Of a stretch of 11,152 nt of DNA, positions 8,178-11,152 are shown one piece after another. Source of the stretch: Calditrichia bacterium (lineage in GTDB: Bacteria > Calditrichota > Calditrichia > RBG-13-44-9). A program made the translations under genes and the position numbers. The notes under the pieces were generated by a model, which searched no databases, had not been told where the DNA came from, and saw only the letters and a program-made list of their open reading frames with translations. The stretch covers positions 1 through 11,152 of the forward strand of contig JARRQT010000184.1 in assembly GCA_037381445.1 (NCBI GenBank). Direction: 5' to 3'. The stretch's first letter is position 1; each line of letters starts with the position of its first letter.

Positions 8178-11152
8178 ATGAGCCATTCCCCAACACATGA
8201 CTCACAGCATGCTTCCGGTCAGAAAAACATACTTGAGCAAAATGAAGTTTATGTTTTTCCGGCTTCTTATGCCCAGCGCAGAATGTGGTTTCTGGATCAA
8301 TTTGAACCGGGTAGTCCCTATTATAATATCCCCATGGCCCTTCGTCTGAAGGGGCCGCTTGACTTGTCCATCCTGAAACAGACTATTGATGCGATAGTGC
8401 AGCGGCACGAAGCCCTACGCACCACATTCACCGAGATAGACGGGGATCCATGCCAGGTCATTACCCCTGTACTTGAATTATCCATATCTGAAATTGACTT
8501 AAAAAATCTCCCTCCGAAACAGTCAGAAAAAGAAATTTACAGACTGGCCAGGGAAGAGGCACGGAAACCTTTCGATTTGGCGAGTGGGCCTTTGATTCGC
8601 ATTTCGGTATTACTGGTCGCCCCGGATGATCACGTCATCTTATTGACCATGCATCATATCATTTCGGATGGCTGGTCGATGGGGCTGCTGGTAGGAGAAA
8701 TTACTACTATTTATTCTGCTTTTCAGGAAGGGAAAGCCTGTCCGCTGCCTGAGCTGCCCTTCCAGTATGCTGATTTTTCGGAATGGCAAAAGGAATTTTT
8801 TCAGGGAGAAATATTTGAAAAACAGCTTTCCTATTGGAAAAATCAACTGGATGGAAATCCGCCGCTGCTCGAACTGCCAACCGATCGTCCCCGCCCGGCT
8901 ATCTGGACCAATGAAGGCGCGACTATTTCCAGAATCATCCCAAAAGATTTGCTGCTTAAGCTCAATGAGTTGAGCCGCCGGGAAGGCGCAACAATTTTTA
9001 TGACCCTTCTGGCTGCCTTTGACGTGTTGCTCTATCGTTACAGCGGACAGGAAGACATCAGCGTGGGATCGCCTATCGCCAACCGGAACCGCAGTGAAAT
9101 TGAAAATATCATTGGTTTATTTATCAATACGCTGGTGCTGCGGACTTCGCTGACAGGGAATCCCAGCTTTCGCGAAGTGCTGCGCGGAGTAAAAGAGACC
9201 ACGCTAGGTGCCTATGAAAATCAGGATTTGCCTTTCGAATTGCTGGTAGAAGCCCTGCAACCGGACCGGAATATGAGTTATCCCCCGCTTTTTCAGGTGA
9301 TGCTTATTTTGCAGAACGCGCCCATGTCCGGTCGGCCCATCAACAATTTATCCATGAGCGCCATCGATGTGGATATGGGCACCGCCACCTTCGATTTGAC
9401 TATTCTCATATCCGAAGGACCCGATGGTCTCCTTGTCTCAGCAGAATATAACACCGATCTCTTCGATAAATCTACCATGCAGAGAATGCTCTCCCATTTC
9501 GAAAATCTTTTGCAGAGCATTGTATCCAATCCTGATCGACCAATAGGATTGCTGCAGATGCTGCAGGCCTACGAAAAGCGGCGGATATTGGTGGAGTGGA
9601 ATAATCATAAACTGGAAATACCAAAAGATGCCTGCATTCATCACTTGTTTGAAAAACAGGTTGAGCAGACCCCGGAAGCATATGCGGTTGTGTGTGAAAA
9701 GCAGCGTTTCACCTACAATGTATTAAACCAAACGGCAAATCAGATCGCACGGGTTATCCGCAAAATGGGAGGTGGGCCGGAAGTGCCCGTAGCGATCTGC
9801 ATGGAAAAGTCTGTCCATTTGATGGCCGCAGTCCTTGGCGTTCTGAAAGCCGGGGGAACCTATCTGCCGCTGGATCCTTCCTATCCAGAAGAGCGCCTGC
9901 AATACATGCTGGAAGATGCCGGGGTGTCTCTTTTAATAACACAGAAAAGTTTGAAATCCATACTCCCGCCGTATAACGGGCAATTAATTCTCTTAGATCA
10001 GGATTGGGATATTTTTGAGAAAGAAAGCACCAAAAATCCGGGATACGCCATCCATCAGAATAATCTGGCATATGTCATCTACACTTCCGGTTCCACCGGC
10101 AAATCCAAGGGGACAATGATCAGCCACCTCAGTTTGGTAAATGCATATTTCGCCTGGGAAGAAGCTTATGAATTGCGCACCCGCTCCAGAAGCCATCTGC
10201 AAATGGCCAGTTTCTCTTTCGATGTTTTCTCCGGCGACTGGACCCGGGCATTATGCTCGGGAGGGAAACTGGTACTTGCCCCGCGCGATATGCTTTTACA
10301 GGGGGATGAACTATATGCGCTGATGAAGGTAGAGGATGTCAATATTGCTGAATTTGTTCCGGCGGTATTGCGGAACCTGATCCAGCATCTCGAGAAAACC
10401 GGTGAAAAACTGGAATTTTTCAGGACCCTGATTGCGGGTTCGGATATCTGGTATGTGAGCGAATACAAAAAATTCAAAAGATATTGCGGCCCCGATACGC
10501 GACTCATCAACTCATTCGGCCTCACGGAGGCCACCATAGACAGTTCCTATTTTGAAGCACAGGAACCGGATTTGCAGGATGACCGGCTCGTTCCGATCGG
10601 ACGTCCCTTTGCCAACATGCCCCTCTATATTCTCGACAAAAATCTGCAGCCGGTCCCGGTGGGCGTGCGGGGTGAGCTTTTCGTGAGCGGAAAAGGGGTG
10701 GCGCGCGGTTATCTGAATCGGCCCGATCTGACCGCGGATAGATTCATTCCCGATCCCTTTTCCCGGGAAGAAGGTCAGCGGATGTATCGCACCGGCGATA
10801 TGGCCCGTTATCTTGCCAACGGCAATATTGAATTCCTGGGGAGGAGCGACCAGCAGATCAAGCTCCGCGGCTTCCGGATTGAGCTGGGTGAAATTGAGAC
10901 CGCCCTGAATCAGCACGATGCCATTAAAGATGTAGCCGTGGTTGCCCGCGAAGATATCCCCGGCGACAAACGGCTGGCGGCTTACCTCGTCGCCGCCGAC
11001 GGGAAGGTGCCCCGGCAAAGCGAACTGCGGGAGTTTTTGCTGAAGGATCTGCCGGATTACATGGTACCATCCACTTTTGTATTTCTGGAGAAACTTCCCC
11101 TGACGCCCAACGGGAAGGTAGATCGCCGGGCGCTGCCGGCCCCGGATCAGGA
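8178..11152 (+). CDS. NRPS subunit, 3'-truncated by the window: C(LCL) - A (Orn/Lys/Dab-type)...; not listed in the ORF track
   Basis: Hand translation from ATG 8178 has no stop codon to the window end: [10 protein letters not shown]...[30 protein letters not shown]...[10 protein letters not shown]...[11 protein letters not shown]...[14 protein letters not shown]...[13 protein letters not shown]...YRTGD...[20 protein letters not shown]...LPDYMVP...[14 protein letters not shown]. Confidence 0.96.
   Translation, partial: [991 protein letters not shown]
9630..11145 (+). other. Adenylation domain, predicted ornithine (or a related basic residue, Lys/Dab)
   Basis: Manual extraction from FDVFSG, IAEFVP, LIAGSD, INSFG, TIDS and GK gives DVGEIGSIDK. 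This is the code known for the Orn-activating domains of the gramicidin S/tyrocidine/fengycin synthetases. Confidence 0.8.

Noticed and set aside
3430..10078. Dispersed short direct repeats (e.g. ataatctggcatatgtcat at 6683-6701 and 10060-10078; accatgcatcata at 5251 and 8647)
   Set aside because: They correspond to conserved NRPS core motifs in paralogous modules and show no CRISPR-like spacing or mobile-element ends.
346..11018. The many short alternative-frame and antisense ORFs in the track (e.g. 2526-3065 -, 10512-11018 -, 7810-8205 -)
   Set aside because: They lie over strongly supported NRPS coding frames, have no recognisable motifs and are typical shadow ORFs.
1..11152. Assigning a gene symbol (tyc/grs/srf) or a host taxon
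   Set aside because: The similarity is only family-level and the module order differs from those systems. A taxon cannot be supported without a database search.

Overview
The whole window is the interior of a bacterial nonribosomal peptide synthetase (NRPS) operon on the + strand, with three collinear genes. Gene 1 (<1-1792) is the 3' end of an NRPS: A-domain C-terminus, T, epimerase (E), then a COM donor. Gene 2 (1809-8079) has the layout C(DCL)-A*-T-C(LCL)-A(Phe)-T. Its first A domain has lost about 120 bp at ~4023-4029, which removes core motif A5 and shifts the frame, so it appears as two ORFs (1809-4172 and 3976-8079). Gene 3 (8178->11152) is C(LCL)-A(Orn/Lys/Dab-type); the ORF track misses it because it runs off the window end. 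The predicted peptide segment is ...D-Xaa-[broken module, probably hydrophobic]-L-Phe-Orn(-type).... The most notable signals are the frameshifting A5 deletion, a sharp codon-usage switch exactly at the FFELGGDS motif of the first T domain (a candidate natural recombination junction), and a T|C subunit junction with a basic tail and an 'EVYVFPAS' leader that may form a docking pair. I found no RNA genes, CRISPR arrays or mobile elements. All counts are by hand.
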